Source of the DNA: an uncultured delta proteobacterium
GTDB lineage: Bacteria; Desulfobacterota; Binatia; Binatales; Binataceae
Direction: 5' to 3'
Assembly (NCBI GenBank): GCA_963724765.1
Contig: CAVRVY010000002.1
Span: 32,001 to 96,000 of the forward strand
Length of the DNA stretch: 64,000 nucleotides
The notes beneath the pieces are model-generated. The model was not told the DNA's origin and did not search any database. It was given only the letters and a program-made list of their open reading frames with translations. Positions within the stretch are counted from its first letter, which is position 1, and every line of letters begins with the position of its first letter. The position numbers and the translations under genes are program-made. This document shows positions 40,349 through 49,931 of the stretch, one piece after another.

Positions 40349-40780
40349 ATGGCTGACGAAAAGTCGGACAGGAAAAAATACACCAAGCCGCTGCCGCGCC
40401 TTGACGAGGAGAGCCGCCCGTGGTGGGAGGCGCTCAAGCGTCACGAGCTGTATATCCAGAAGTGCCGCCACTGCGGTGATTTGCGCTATTACCCCAGGGC
40501 GCTGTGCACCAACTGTCTAAGCTCCAGCATCGAGTGGGTGCGCTGTGCCGGAAAAGGCAGGGTCTACACTTATACGGCGACGATGCAGAACCAGGCCCCG
40601 GGCTTTCGCGAATCGCTGCCCTACGTGATGGCTTACGTCGAGCTCGACGAAGGGCTCAAGGTGCTGACCAACCTTGTGGAGTGCAAGCCCGATGAGGTTA
40701 AAATAGGAATGCCCGTCGAGGCCGTGTTCGAAGACGCCACGCCCGAAGTGACGTTGCTCAAGTTTCGCCCGGCGAGGTAA
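40349..40780 (+). CDS. DUF35 Zn-ribbon/OB-fold protein
   Basis: CRHC, CTNC, GRVYTYT, PYVMAYVELDEG, IGMPV. Confidence 0.9.
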   Translation: MADEKSDRKKYTKPLPRLDEESRPWWEALKRHELYIQKCRHCGDLRYYPRALCTNCLSSSIEWVRCAGKGRVYTYTATMQNQAPGFRESLPYVMAYVELDEGLKVLTNLVECKPDEVKIGMPVEAVFEDATPEVTLLKFRPAR

Positions 40781-40793
40781 GGACGTCGTGTAA

Positions 40794-41489
40794 GTGCCAA
40801 CAATCCTCGACCTCCACAGCCACAGCGAAGCCTCGGAAGACAGCCGCGCGCCGCTGGAGGCCTACCTCAACTGGATCAAGCTGCGCCACCAGGAGCGTCC
40901 CGTCGACGGTATCGTGCTCACCGAGCATCGCCAGTTCAACGCCGGCCCCGACTACCGCGCGCTCGAGGACAAGTTCGGCCTGATGGTGCTCAAGGCCTCC
41001 GAAGTCGAAACCGACTACGGCCACGTGCTGGTCTTCGGTGTGACCGACGAGATGACGCGGCGCTTCGATTTCGCCAACGTGCGGCTGAACGCGCAGGAAC
41101 TGATCGACGAGGTTGCGCGGATGGGCGGAGTCGCCGTGCCGTGCCATCCGGGGCGCCCGACCGTGGGCCTGTACGAGCATTACGCGGTCAAACCGCCGCT
41201 CGAAAACGTGATCGCGGTCGAAGTTCTCAACGGTGGCTCGCGCAAGGGCGAGGATGATCGCTCGATGGAGCTGGTACGCACCTACGGCTATCGCGCGGTG
41301 GGCGGCTCGGACAGCCACCTGGTCAGTCTGATTGCGCTTTGCGCCACGCGCTTCGAGGCCGACATCCGTTCGATCGAGGACCTGGTGCGCGAACTCAAAG
41401 AGGGCAAGTACGAGCCGGTCGATTTCCGCCCCAAGCGCAAACCCGTGCCGGCGGCGGTTCCGGACGAGGTAAGGCACAATGGCGGTTGA
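40794..41489 (+). CDS. PHP-domain metallophosphoesterase
   Basis: DLHSHS, LTEH, GHVL, CHP, GGSDSH. Confidence 0.85.
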   Translation: MPTILDLHSHSEASEDSRAPLEAYLNWIKLRHQERPVDGIVLTEHRQFNAGPDYRALEDKFGLMVLKASEVETDYGHVLVFGVTDEMTRRFDFANVRLNAQELIDEVARMGGVAVPCHPGRPTVGLYEHYAVKPPLENVIAVEVLNGGSRKGEDDRSMELVRTYGYRAVGGSDSHLVSLIALCATRFEADIRSIEDLVRELKEGKYEPVDFRPKRKPVPAAVPDEVRHNGG

Positions 41490-41925
41490 TTACGATCCGG
41501 CGCTGATCGGCAGAGTCTTCGAAGTGACCGACCCGGTCATCGTCAGCGCGGAGGACATCGGCAAGTTCTGCACCGCCATCGGCGAGACCAATCCGCTCTA
41601 TACCGACGAGGCGGCGGCGAAAAAGGGACCGCACGGAACCATCGTCGCGCCGCCGTCGTTCGCGGTCACCTTCCGCAACGGGCGCCATTTTTTCACCCAC
41701 GTGCCGCGCTTCGGCGCCGCCGGTTTTGACGCCGGCAAGGACGTCGAGTTCGTTACGCCGATTCGCCCCGGCGACAAGATCACGCTCGGCTCCCACGTCA
41801 AGGAAATCTACGAGAAGACCGGGCGCAGCGGCTCGATGGTGTTCGTGGTGGTGCGCTCGACCGTGCAAAATCAAAACGGCGAGGTCGTCGCGCACATCGA
41901 CCATCGCTTCATGAACCGGCCGTAG
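41479..41925 (+). CDS. MaoC/HadA-like hotdog protein
   Basis: IGETNPLYTDEAAA...IVAPPSF, PIRPGD. Confidence 0.85.
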   Translation: MAVDYDPALIGRVFEVTDPVIVSAEDIGKFCTAIGETNPLYTDEAAAKKGPHGTIVAPPSFAVTFRNGRHFFTHVPRFGAAGFDAGKDVEFVTPIRPGDKITLGSHVKEIYEKTGRSGSMVFVVVRSTVQNQNGEVVAHIDHRFMNRP

Positions 41926-41926
41926 G

Positions 41927-42349
41927 TTGCCAATGCCCATCACGAAATTCGACGCGGTCAAGATCGGCGATACGCTCGGCCCGCAGGAGATCTTCCTGAG
42001 CAAGGACCAGGTGCGGACCTACGCGCGCACCTGCGGGATGGACGTGCCGCGCTTCACCGACGACGAGGGCGCGCGCAAGGAAGGACTGCCCGGGATGATC
42101 GCGCCGGGCAACCTGAGCCTGGCGATGCTCTCGCGGCTGGTGACCGATTGGATCGGGCAGAGCGGCGCGCGCCTCGCGCGGCTGGGGACGACTTACCGGC
42201 AGCCGGTGCAGCCCGACCATACGATTACACTGAACGGTTTTGTCACGCACACTGAGCCGGCCGAAAAGCGGGTCGAAATCGACGTTTGGATCGAAAACGA
42301 GGACGCCGAGCGCCTCGTGATCGGCACCGCCAGCATCGAGTTCCCGTAA
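41927..42349 (+). CDS. MaoC/HadB-like hotdog protein
   Basis: DDEGARKEGLPGMIAPG; canonical DxNPxH motif absent. Confidence 0.8.
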   Translation: MPMPITKFDAVKIGDTLGPQEIFLSKDQVRTYARTCGMDVPRFTDDEGARKEGLPGMIAPGNLSLAMLSRLVTDWIGQSGARLARLGTTYRQPVQPDHTITLNGFVTHTEPAEKRVEIDVWIENEDAERLVIGTASIEFP

Positions 42350-42399
42350 GCCGCGTCAGTCCGCAAGCGGGGTCAGCGTTGGATCTACCGGCGCGCCAC

Positions 42400-43002
42400 C
42401 TACAGCAGGGCGCCGCGGAAAGGCTCGTCGCGCACCGGCGGATATTCGATCAGACTGAGCGCCCAGCGCCGCGCCTGGCGCAGCGCCTCTTCGGCGCGCT
42501 TGAACAGCCGCTCGCGATGCATCGTGTTCCACACGTAGACGTCGACTGACGGCTCGTCGCTTAGCGTCACGTCGAGCATCCAGTCTTCGAGCTGCGGCCC
42601 GCACACCAGCAGCCGCACCACGCGGCCGTGATCGAGGATTACGCCGCGCGCCTCGCTCGGCAGACGAAACTCATCCTTGATTCGCTTGATCAATCGCGCC
42701 GGATAGTGCTCCTCGGTCATCGCGACGTAAACCCATTGACCGGCTTGCGGATTGGCCGCGCGCGCGATGCGCAGGTTGTTGTCGGTCAGGTCTTCCTTGG
42801 CGCGGTCCTGGTCATAGTCGCGCGCGACCGAATAGAAACCCTCGACGATCGGCAGTTGCAGCGGCGCCTGGTCGGAACCGGCCTCCTTGGGCGCGTCCTG
42901 TTCGGCGCTTGCTGGATCGGGCGCGGCCGCTTCGGGTTTGCGCGGCCGTTTGACCGAGGTCTCGACCCACCATCGGTTTTCGACATTTGGCTTGTGCGCC
43001 AT
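42400..43002 (-). CDS. hypothetical protein
   Basis: 200-aa ORF with host-like codon usage; no motif recognised. Confidence 0.65.
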   Translation of the reverse strand: MAHKPNVENRWWVETSVKRPRKPEAAAPDPASAEQDAPKEAGSDQAPLQLPIVEGFYSVARDYDQDRAKEDLTDNNLRIARAANPQAGQWVYVAMTEEHYPARLIKRIKDEFRLPSEARGVILDHGRVVRLLVCGPQLEDWMLDVTLSDEPSVDVYVWNTMHRERLFKRAEEALRQARRWALSLIEYPPVRDEPFRGALL

Positions 43003-43088
43003 CGCGCTTACATCATAGCCGCCGCACAGGCCCGCAGGCGATAGTGATGCCGCGGTATCGGAGGTGCGCGGCGAGGGTTAGTGAAAGA

Positions 43089-43634
43089 CTAGACGCGGCG
43101 CCGGGCCGCGCGCGAGCGGCGCCGTCGCGCCGACGGAGTCACCTGGCGAGTCGATGAACCCGTCCGTCGCGGTGGAGGGCTTGCGCGCCGGGGAGTCGCG
43201 GCTGTACGGCGCGCCGTGCGCCCGGTCATTTGTAGCCGCGCGCGCAGCCGCTTGCGCTGCTCGGGACGGCGCAGTCCGCGCACCATCCTGACCGCGAACG
43301 CGTCGGCCTTGCGCTCGGCGTCGGTCCAGAACAGATAGTGCCCCATCTCGTGATAAAGCATCGCGATCCACATCCGTTCCTTGTTGTAGATACGGCCGCG
43401 CTTCCAGTTCTCGGGATGGACCAGATGGATGCGCCCGTCCTCGAAGGTCTTCCCCGCGGTCTTGCCCCAATCCAGATATTCGTACCATTCGATCGCAGGG
43501 CGTTTGACGTTGTAGTAGCGGCAGAAGTCGGAAATCGCGCGGCGAAATGCGCCGGCGCGATGCTGGCGGAAAAAAAGCACGAGATTACGGTCAATCTCCC
43601 TACGATTGACGATAGGCGGAACAATCATTCGCAC
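43089..43634 (-). CDS. small HExxH metallopeptidase-like protein (ImmA/IrrE-like)
   Basis: LYHEMGHYLFWTDAERKADAFA; Arg-rich tail; GGAGGT 9 nt before GTG. Confidence 0.7.
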   Translation of the reverse strand: MRMIVPPIVNRREIDRNLVLFFRQHRAGAFRRAISDFCRYYNVKRPAIEWYEYLDWGKTAGKTFEDGRIHLVHPENWKRGRIYNKERMWIAMLYHEMGHYLFWTDAERKADAFAVRMVRGLRRPEQRKRLRARLQMTGRTARRTAATPRRASPPPRRTGSSTRQVTPSARRRRSRAARRRV

Positions 43635-43884
43635 GGACCGAGGACCTCCGGGTTGGCGCCCACGGATCATAGAAGGCCGATGGCCGAGGCGTCAAACGAG
43701 GCGCGAGAAATCCAGAAAACCCTGATTTTTCATGTAGTTAGAGCGTGGCGGAACGCATCGCGGACGATGCTGATAAGGGCCAAATTGGACTAACGCGAGC
43801 GATGCGCGGCTCGAAGCCTCGCGGCCGCAAGCCATCCACGTCTTCAATCACGTCAACGCGGCAGAAGGCTGTCGCCATCCCCCG

Positions 43885-44382
43885 TCATGCGCGACGGGCG
43901 TGCTGCAGAACCCTCGGGCGCTTCACACGACGGCTGCGATTGACCGTCATGTGCTGGAGGCGTCCCGCCTCCTTCAACCGCAATCGCGCCAGTGGTAACT
44001 GCGAATCCTCTGCGCCGGCCGCCAGGCTGCTCAGGCGAAGGCGCAGAGCTTCCGAGCTTATCTCGAGCGCGTCGCAGACGTTATCGAAACTGAACGCCAC
44101 TCTGCTGCCGGGCGCCATCACCCATCGCGCGGCTTCGATAAACAGTCGCCGCTTGCGCACGCTGAAGGCCCCGCGCCAGTCCTGCAGGATGTTGATCGCG
44201 TCGGCCAGCACCGCAAGCATCAGTCGCTGCTCGCTGGTGAAGCGGTTTCTGCCGACCAATTCGAAGAACTGGCTGGGCAGGATAAGGTCCGAGGCCGTGA
44301 ACGAATCCGGCGCTTGCGCGCCAAGGTTGCGCTGCCGCATAGCTAACACTCCTGCCTGGTCCGGACGAGCGACTTGCCGCAC
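43885..44382 (-). CDS. conserved hypothetical protein
   Basis: EQRLMLAVLADAI...AARW...FSFDNVCDALEI; start uncertain. Confidence 0.7.
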   Translation of the reverse strand: MRQVARPDQAGVLAMRQRNLGAQAPDSFTASDLILPSQFFELVGRNRFTSEQRLMLAVLADAINILQDWRGAFSVRKRRLFIEAARWVMAPGSRVAFSFDNVCDALEISSEALRLRLSSLAAGAEDSQLPLARLRLKEAGRLQHMTVNRSRRVKRPRVLQHARRA

Positions 44383-44712
44383 AAGGCTCGCCCGGGTTAG
44401 CCCGCGTATCCCCCAGCTCCTAAGTTATCGTCCCCTATAGCTCAGAGCGTGGTTAGCCGACCATAGTGATGCCAAGGGGGCATTTCAAGAGTGTGTGGCT
44501 AAATTCTTTTGCAAGCTCAGCTAATGATCCAGGCATACAAAGGTCACCAGCTTGGCCCCATTTTGGGCGATCGACGTGGCCCGAATTATGACGAAATTGT
44601 GATCGATTCTTGAACCCGCCGGGGGCCTCGGATTGCACTAGGGACGCCCGGCGGCCATCTGTTATAGTTCGCATACAAGCCACTGGACTGGACCGGGCAC
44701 GGAGGACCTGCG

Positions 44713-45087
44713 ATGGCGGATTTCTTTTCCAAGGAGACGATTAAGAGCCTGCGCAAGTTGCGCAAGCTCAAGCCCGACTATTTCAAGGGCTTAATGGACT
44801 GGGATGAGATGATCTTCAGCGACGGCGCGCTACCCGCCAAGACCAAGGAACTGATGGCGGTTGCGGCGGCGCACGTCACGGACTGTCCGTGGTGTATCGA
44901 GGAGCATGTCAAGCGCGCGATCAAGCAGGGCGCGACGGACGAGGAGATCGCCGAAGCGGCGTTCGTCGCGATGTCGCTGAGGGCCGGCGCGGCGTTTGCC
45001 CACTCGTCGATCGCAATGGCGGTGAGCGACGAACAGCGGGCCGAGGTGGCCGCGCAGGTGCACGATCACGAAGGCCACAATCACTAA
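44713..45087 (+). CDS. carboxymuconolactone decarboxylase/AhpD-like protein
   Basis: [30 protein letters not shown]; GGAGG RBS. Confidence 0.9.
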   Translation: MADFFSKETIKSLRKLRKLKPDYFKGLMDWDEMIFSDGALPAKTKELMAVAAAHVTDCPWCIEEHVKRAIKQGATDEEIAEAAFVAMSLRAGAAFAHSSIAMAVSDEQRAEVAAQVHDHEGHNH

Positions 45088-45106
45088 GGCGCACGGAGCA
45101 GCGGAG

Positions 45107-46270
45107 TTGTCGGTAATGGAGCAGGCAGGGACGCGCCGCACGACGCGGCAAATCGGGATCGGCGCACTGAAAGTCGGCGGCGACGCGCCGGTGGTCGTAC
45201 AGTCGATGTGCGCGACGCGCACGATCGATATCGACCAGACCGTGGCGCAAACGCATCAGCTTGCCCGTGCCGGCGCGGGAATTGTGCGGATCGCGCTCGA
45301 CAATGAAAAGGAAGTTCCGGCGCTCAAGGAAATTCGCGCACAGACACGCGGTATCGTATTGTCGGTGGACCTCCAGGAGAACTACCGCATCGCCGGCAAA
45401 GTCGGACCGCACGTCGACAAGATTCGCTACAACCCCGGCCATCTGCACCATATCGAGAAAGCCAAAAGCGTTCCGCAAAAGGTGCGATGGCTGGTCGAGG
45501 TCGCGCGCGAACACAACCTGGCGATTCGAATCGGGGTCAACTGCGGCTCGGTGGCGCCGGCCTTTCTGGAAAAACATCCCGGCGATCAGCTAAGCGCGCT
45601 GGTCGAGTCGGCGGTATGGCACTGCGAGCTGATGGACGAGCTGGGATTCGACCGTTTCGTGGTTTCGCTCAAGGATTCCGACCCGGCCAAGGTGCTGGAA
45701 GCCAACCGGCGCTTTGCCGCGCGCCGCCCCGACGTTCCGCTTCATCTCGGAGTCACCGAGGCGGGACTGCCGCCCGACGGCATCATCAAGACCCGGATCG
45801 CGTTCGAGAAGCTGCTCGCGCAGCACGTCGGCGACACCATCCGCGTCTCACTGACGCTGCCCAACGAGCGCAAGCACGAAGAGGTTACCGTTGGCCATCA
45901 GATCATCCAGGACGTCGCGAGCGGACGCTTCATCTCGGTGCCCAACTTCGGCACCGGTCTCAACATCATCTCGTGCCCGTCGTGCTCGCGAGTGGAGAAC
46001 GAGAAGTTCGTCGAGCTGGCGCAACAGGTGAAGGAAGTCACGGCCTACGCGTCGCGCCATCGGATCACGATTGCGGTGATGGGGTGCCGGGTGAACGGGC
46101 CGGGCGAGACCGACGACGCGGACCTGGGACTGTGGTGCGGTCCGACGACGGTGAATCTCAAGAAGAAGGATCGCAAGCTCGGCAACTTCCGCTACGACGA
46201 CGTGTTGACGCGCCTTCGCGTCGAAGTCGACAAGCTGATCGCCGAACGCTCGGCGGCCGCCAACAACTGA
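45107..46270 (+). CDS. ispG: (E)-4-hydroxy-3-methylbut-2-enyl-diphosphate synthase
   Basis: [46 protein letters not shown]. Confidence 0.95.
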   Translation: MSVMEQAGTRRTTRQIGIGALKVGGDAPVVVQSMCATRTIDIDQTVAQTHQLARAGAGIVRIALDNEKEVPALKEIRAQTRGIVLSVDLQENYRIAGKVGPHVDKIRYNPGHLHHIEKAKSVPQKVRWLVEVAREHNLAIRIGVNCGSVAPAFLEKHPGDQLSALVESAVWHCELMDELGFDRFVVSLKDSDPAKVLEANRRFAARRPDVPLHLGVTEAGLPPDGIIKTRIAFEKLLAQHVGDTIRVSLTLPNERKHEEVTVGHQIIQDVASGRFISVPNFGTGLNIISCPSCSRVENEKFVELAQQVKEVTAYASRHRITIAVMGCRVNGPGETDDADLGLWCGPTTVNLKKKDRKLGNFRYDDVLTRLRVEVDKLIAERSAAANN

Positions 46271-46362
46271 CGGATCCAAAAAAGAGCCGTGTCGGCATGG
46301 TGGGCGCGTGCGCCCACTCCATGCCTTGAGCTGGCAGGCGGCGCGCGCGTTTCAGAAGCTCG

Positions 46363-47109
46363 CTAGCACCGCTTACACATCTGACAGCCGGCAAGCGAGC
46401 AGTAGGTTTCGTCGCCGCGGGCGACGAAGCGCTGCTTGCAAACGGCGCACCTGGCGATCCGCTCGTCGGGTTCGAGCATCGGTTCAAGCTTCTCGTGTAT
46501 CAGTTCGTCGAGATCGTCGTCCCACGGGTCAGGCGGAGCTGCAGGCGCGGATCCGCCCGCGCCTGCAGCTCCGCCAGGCGAGGGCGCCGACCGGCCGTGG
46601 CCGGCCGCGCCTGCGGCCTTGGAACGCGTCACTGCGGGTGCCCCCACGGCAGCGCCCGCAGTGACGCCCGCTGCGCCCGGGTGGCGCGGAGCGCGGCCCT
46701 TGGCCGCGCTCCGCGCCGCCTCGCGCGCCAGCTCGTCGGCCTCTTCGTTGCGCGCGTCGCCGGCGTGTCCGCGCACCCACTGGAACCTCACGTCGTGCCG
46801 GGCGACCTCGCGGTCGAGCTGTTGCCACAGGTCGAGGTTCTTGGTACGGCGCCAGCCCTCGTTCATCGTTTTGACCAGGTACTGGCTGTCGCTGCGCACG
46901 ATCACCGGGACGCCAGGATCGAGGGCGCGCAGCGCCTCGATCGCGGCCATGATTTCCATCCGGTTGTTGGTGGTTTGTGAATCGCCGCCGCTAAGCCGAT
47001 GCGTGCCGTTGGGCCTGACGATTACGACGCCCCATCCGCCAGGCCCCGGATTGCCCTCGCAGGAGCCGTCGGCGTAAACGAGAAGCGGCGCTCGTGATAT
47101 CGCGGCCAT
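46363..47109 (-). CDS. rnhA: ribonuclease HI with C-terminal linker and Cys-rich domain
   Basis: YADGSCEGNPGPGGWG, TTNNRME, SDSQY, WVRGHAG, NEEADELA. Confidence 0.9.
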   Translation of the reverse strand: MAAISRAPLLVYADGSCEGNPGPGGWGVVIVRPNGTHRLSGGDSQTTNNRMEIMAAIEALRALDPGVPVIVRSDSQYLVKTMNEGWRRTKNLDLWQQLDREVARHDVRFQWVRGHAGDARNEEADELAREAARSAAKGRAPRHPGAAGVTAGAAVGAPAVTRSKAAGAAGHGRSAPSPGGAAGAGGSAPAAPPDPWDDDLDELIHEKLEPMLEPDERIARCAVCKQRFVARGDETYCSLAGCQMCKRC

Positions 47110-47133
47110 AGCTCGGTCTTCCGGAACTGAGCG

Positions 47134-48588
47134 TCAGGCGCCGCGCTCGCGGCGCAGGTCGTCGAACCATCGCAGGTAATGGCGCGCCGACACGGTCCAG
47201 GAAAAATCCGCGGCGAAGCAATTGTCCATCAGGCGGCGCCAGGCCCCGCGGTCATCAAAGAGCCCCCGCGCCCGCGCCATCGCGTCCACCATCGCGCCGG
47301 CGCGATAGTCAGTGAACATGAAGCCATTGCCGGTCCCGACTTGCGGATCGAACTCGGTGACCGTGTCCTTGAGCCCGCCGGTCGCGCGCACCAGCGGCGC
47401 GGTGCCGTACTTGAGCGCATACATCTGCGTGAGCCCGCACGGCTCGAACCGCGACGGCATCAGGAAGATGTCGCTCCCGGCCTGAATCTGATGGGCGAAG
47501 GCGTTGTCGAAAGCGAGCTGCACGCGCAACTGGCCAGGGAAGCGTTCTTCGGCGGTCTTGAAAAACTTCTCCAGCGCCGGATCGCCGCTGGCGAGCATGA
47601 CGAGCTGCACGCCGAGACCCATCACCGCGTCGAGCGCCTCGCCGAGCAGGTTGATACCCTTTTGCGGGGTCATCCGCGTGACCATCCCGACTATCGGCGC
47701 GTCGTCGCGATCGGGCAGGCCGGCGAGCTTGCGCAGCGCGCGGCGGCAGACCGCCTTGCCTTCGCGCCGCGCCGGTGTGTACTTGGCCGCGATCATCGGG
47801 TCGATCGCCGGGTCCCATTCGGTATAGTCGGCGCCGTTGATGATCCCGACGAAGCGGCGGCCCTTGTGGCGCAGCACTCCTTCCAGGCCGAAGCCCAGCT
47901 CCGGATCGCTGCTAACCTCGCGCGCGTAGGTCGGGCTCACGGTCGAGGCGCCATCGGCCAGCACGATCGCGCCCTTCATCAGGTTGACGCGTCCCCAGAA
48001 CTCCAGACACTCGACGGAGAAGTAGGAGCGGTCGATATTGAGCAGACCGAAATCCGCTTCGTCGAAGATTCCCTGGAAGGCGAGGTTGTGCACGGTGAAA
48101 GCCGTTAGCGCAGAGCCAAGCGCCTCGCGCAGCGCCGGGTCGGCGCTCGCCACGATCGGCGCCACCGCCGCGTGCCAATCATGCGCGTGCAGGACGTCGG
48201 GCCGGATGAAGCGCGCCGCGGCGAGCGCGGCCGCGCGGCCGAACATCACGTAGCGATGCAGATTGTCGGGATAGTCCGCGCCGCGCTCGCCGTAAACTCC
48301 CGCGCGATCGAAGCAACCCGGATGCTTGATCAGGTAGAGCGGCACGCCGTCGCGGGTCTCGGCCCGCAGCAGGTCGAAGCGCTCTGAGGAATCGCCCATC
48401 GAGACCGAGAGATTCTCGGCCACCGGCGCCGTTTTGAGCGCGTCGAGCACGCCGCGGTAGCCGGGCAGGATCACTACGGGCTCGGCGCCGCTCTGCTTGA
48501 GCGCCGCGGGCAGCGCGCCGATTACGTCGGCGAGTCCGCCGGCCTTCGCCCATGGCGTGATCTCGGCGGCAACGATTGCGATTTTCAC
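47134..48588 (-). CDS. glgA: glycogen synthase
   Basis: KAGGLADV, HAHDWH, PSRFEPCGLTQ. Confidence 0.95.
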   Translation of the reverse strand: MKIAIVAAEITPWAKAGGLADVIGALPAALKQSGAEPVVILPGYRGVLDALKTAPVAENLSVSMGDSSERFDLLRAETRDGVPLYLIKHPGCFDRAGVYGERGADYPDNLHRYVMFGRAAALAAARFIRPDVLHAHDWHAAVAPIVASADPALREALGSALTAFTVHNLAFQGIFDEADFGLLNIDRSYFSVECLEFWGRVNLMKGAIVLADGASTVSPTYAREVSSDPELGFGLEGVLRHKGRRFVGIINGADYTEWDPAIDPMIAAKYTPARREGKAVCRRALRKLAGLPDRDDAPIVGMVTRMTPQKGINLLGEALDAVMGLGVQLVMLASGDPALEKFFKTAEERFPGQLRVQLAFDNAFAHQIQAGSDIFLMPSRFEPCGLTQMYALKYGTAPLVRATGGLKDTVTEFDPQVGTGNGFMFTDYRAGAMVDAMARARGLFDDRGAWRRLMDNCFAADFSWTVSARHYLRWFDDLRRERGA

Positions 48589-48661
48589 TTTTTCACCGAT
48601 GCTCTTTTTGCGCCCGCTCCCGCACCTGAGAGGGTGTCGATAAACCCAAAAATCGCTCCGC

Positions 48662-48700
48662 GTCGATCCTTCACTTCGGCAACCTTCGTTCAGGATGACA
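48662..48700. repeat. REP-like palindromic element in the galT-glgA spacer
   Basis: gtcgatccttcacttcggcaaccttcgttcaggatgac resembles GATCCTTCGCTTCGCTCAGGATGAC-type extragenic palindromes; single copy here. Confidence 0.45.
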
Positions 48701-48768
48701 TCAAAAAGGTTCTCTTTCTGGGGCGAGAGCTCAGAGGGAAACGTGAAAAAAAGAACGCCTGCTAAAAT

Positions 48769-49809
48769 TCAGCTCGCCGCCTGCTCGACCTGCGGCCCCG
48801 GCTGCGATTCGCTCATCGCCAGCGCCTCGCGTAGGGCCTCGGCCGCGTTTTCGGGCGGCACCGGGTTGATATAGAAGCCCGTGCCGACCTCGAAGCCCGC
48901 CACCTTGGTCAGCGCGGGCGTGATCTCCATGTGCCAGTGATAATGCTTGCTCTGGGCCTCGCGCAGCGGCGCCGAGTGGATGATGTAGTTGAACGGCGGA
49001 TCGTCGAGCGAGCGCTTGAGCGCGCGCAAGCTCGCCTTGATCGCGCTGGCGAAGCCCGGGTACGACGTCGCCGCATGCTCGAAGTGCGATCCGTGAGTCT
49101 TGGGAATCAGCCACAACTCGAACGGAAAGCGCGCGGCGAAGGGCGAGGCGGCGATAAATTCGTCGTTTTCGAACACCACGCGGCGGCGGTCCTGGCCCTC
49201 CTGATCGACGATGTCACAGAAGATGCATCGTTCCTTGAGCGAGTAGTAATCGCTCGCGCCGCGCAGCTCCTGCTGTACGTTGAGCGGCAAAATCGGCAGC
49301 GCGATCAGTTGCGAGTGCGGATGCTCCAGGCTCGCCCCGGCTTCGGCGCCGTGGTTCTTGAAAATCAGCACGTAACGGAAACGTTCGTCGTGCGCGAGGT
49401 CGAGCGTGCGCTCGCGGTAGGCCCACAGCAGCTCTTCGATCTGACGCAGCTCGAGGTCGGCGAGGCCGCGATCGTGGTCGGGGCTCTCGATCAGCACCTC
49501 GTGGGCGCCGATTCCATTCATCAGATCGTACAGCCCGTCACCGCGCCGTCCCGCCGCGCCCTCGATGCGCAGGGCTGGGAACTTGTTGCTGACCGCGCGC
49601 ACCCGCCATCCCGGCCCATTGGGCTGCGAGTCGTTTTCACGGTAGGCGAGCACTTCGGGCGGAGTCATCTGCTCCATCCCGGCGCAAAACGCGCACGGCG
49701 GTCCCTTGCGCTGGTCACGATTTGATTTGAAATCCGACGGACGCTTGCCGCGCTCGGTGGCCATGATCACCCAACGTCCGACGACCGGATCCTTTCTCAA
49801 CTCAGGCAT
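48769..49809 (-). CDS. galT: galactose-1-phosphate uridylyltransferase family
   Basis: CAFC, NKFPAL, GASLEHPHSQ, HWHMEI. Confidence 0.9.
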   Translation of the reverse strand: MPELRKDPVVGRWVIMATERGKRPSDFKSNRDQRKGPPCAFCAGMEQMTPPEVLAYRENDSQPNGPGWRVRAVSNKFPALRIEGAAGRRGDGLYDLMNGIGAHEVLIESPDHDRGLADLELRQIEELLWAYRERTLDLAHDERFRYVLIFKNHGAEAGASLEHPHSQLIALPILPLNVQQELRGASDYYSLKERCIFCDIVDQEGQDRRRVVFENDEFIAASPFAARFPFELWLIPKTHGSHFEHAATSYPGFASAIKASLRALKRSLDDPPFNYIIHSAPLREAQSKHYHWHMEITPALTKVAGFEVGTGFYINPVPPENAAEALREALAMSESQPGPQVEQAAS

Positions 49810-49931
49810 CTAGAGCGCCTTCTCCCTGATTGATTGCGCGGGGCTACCGCACGGTGCGGCAATATTAGCCGTCATCGGTAGCGTTGCGCTAGGCAGAGAG
49901 ACTTCAGGGGTCCCCAGGGCGGGGCTACCCG

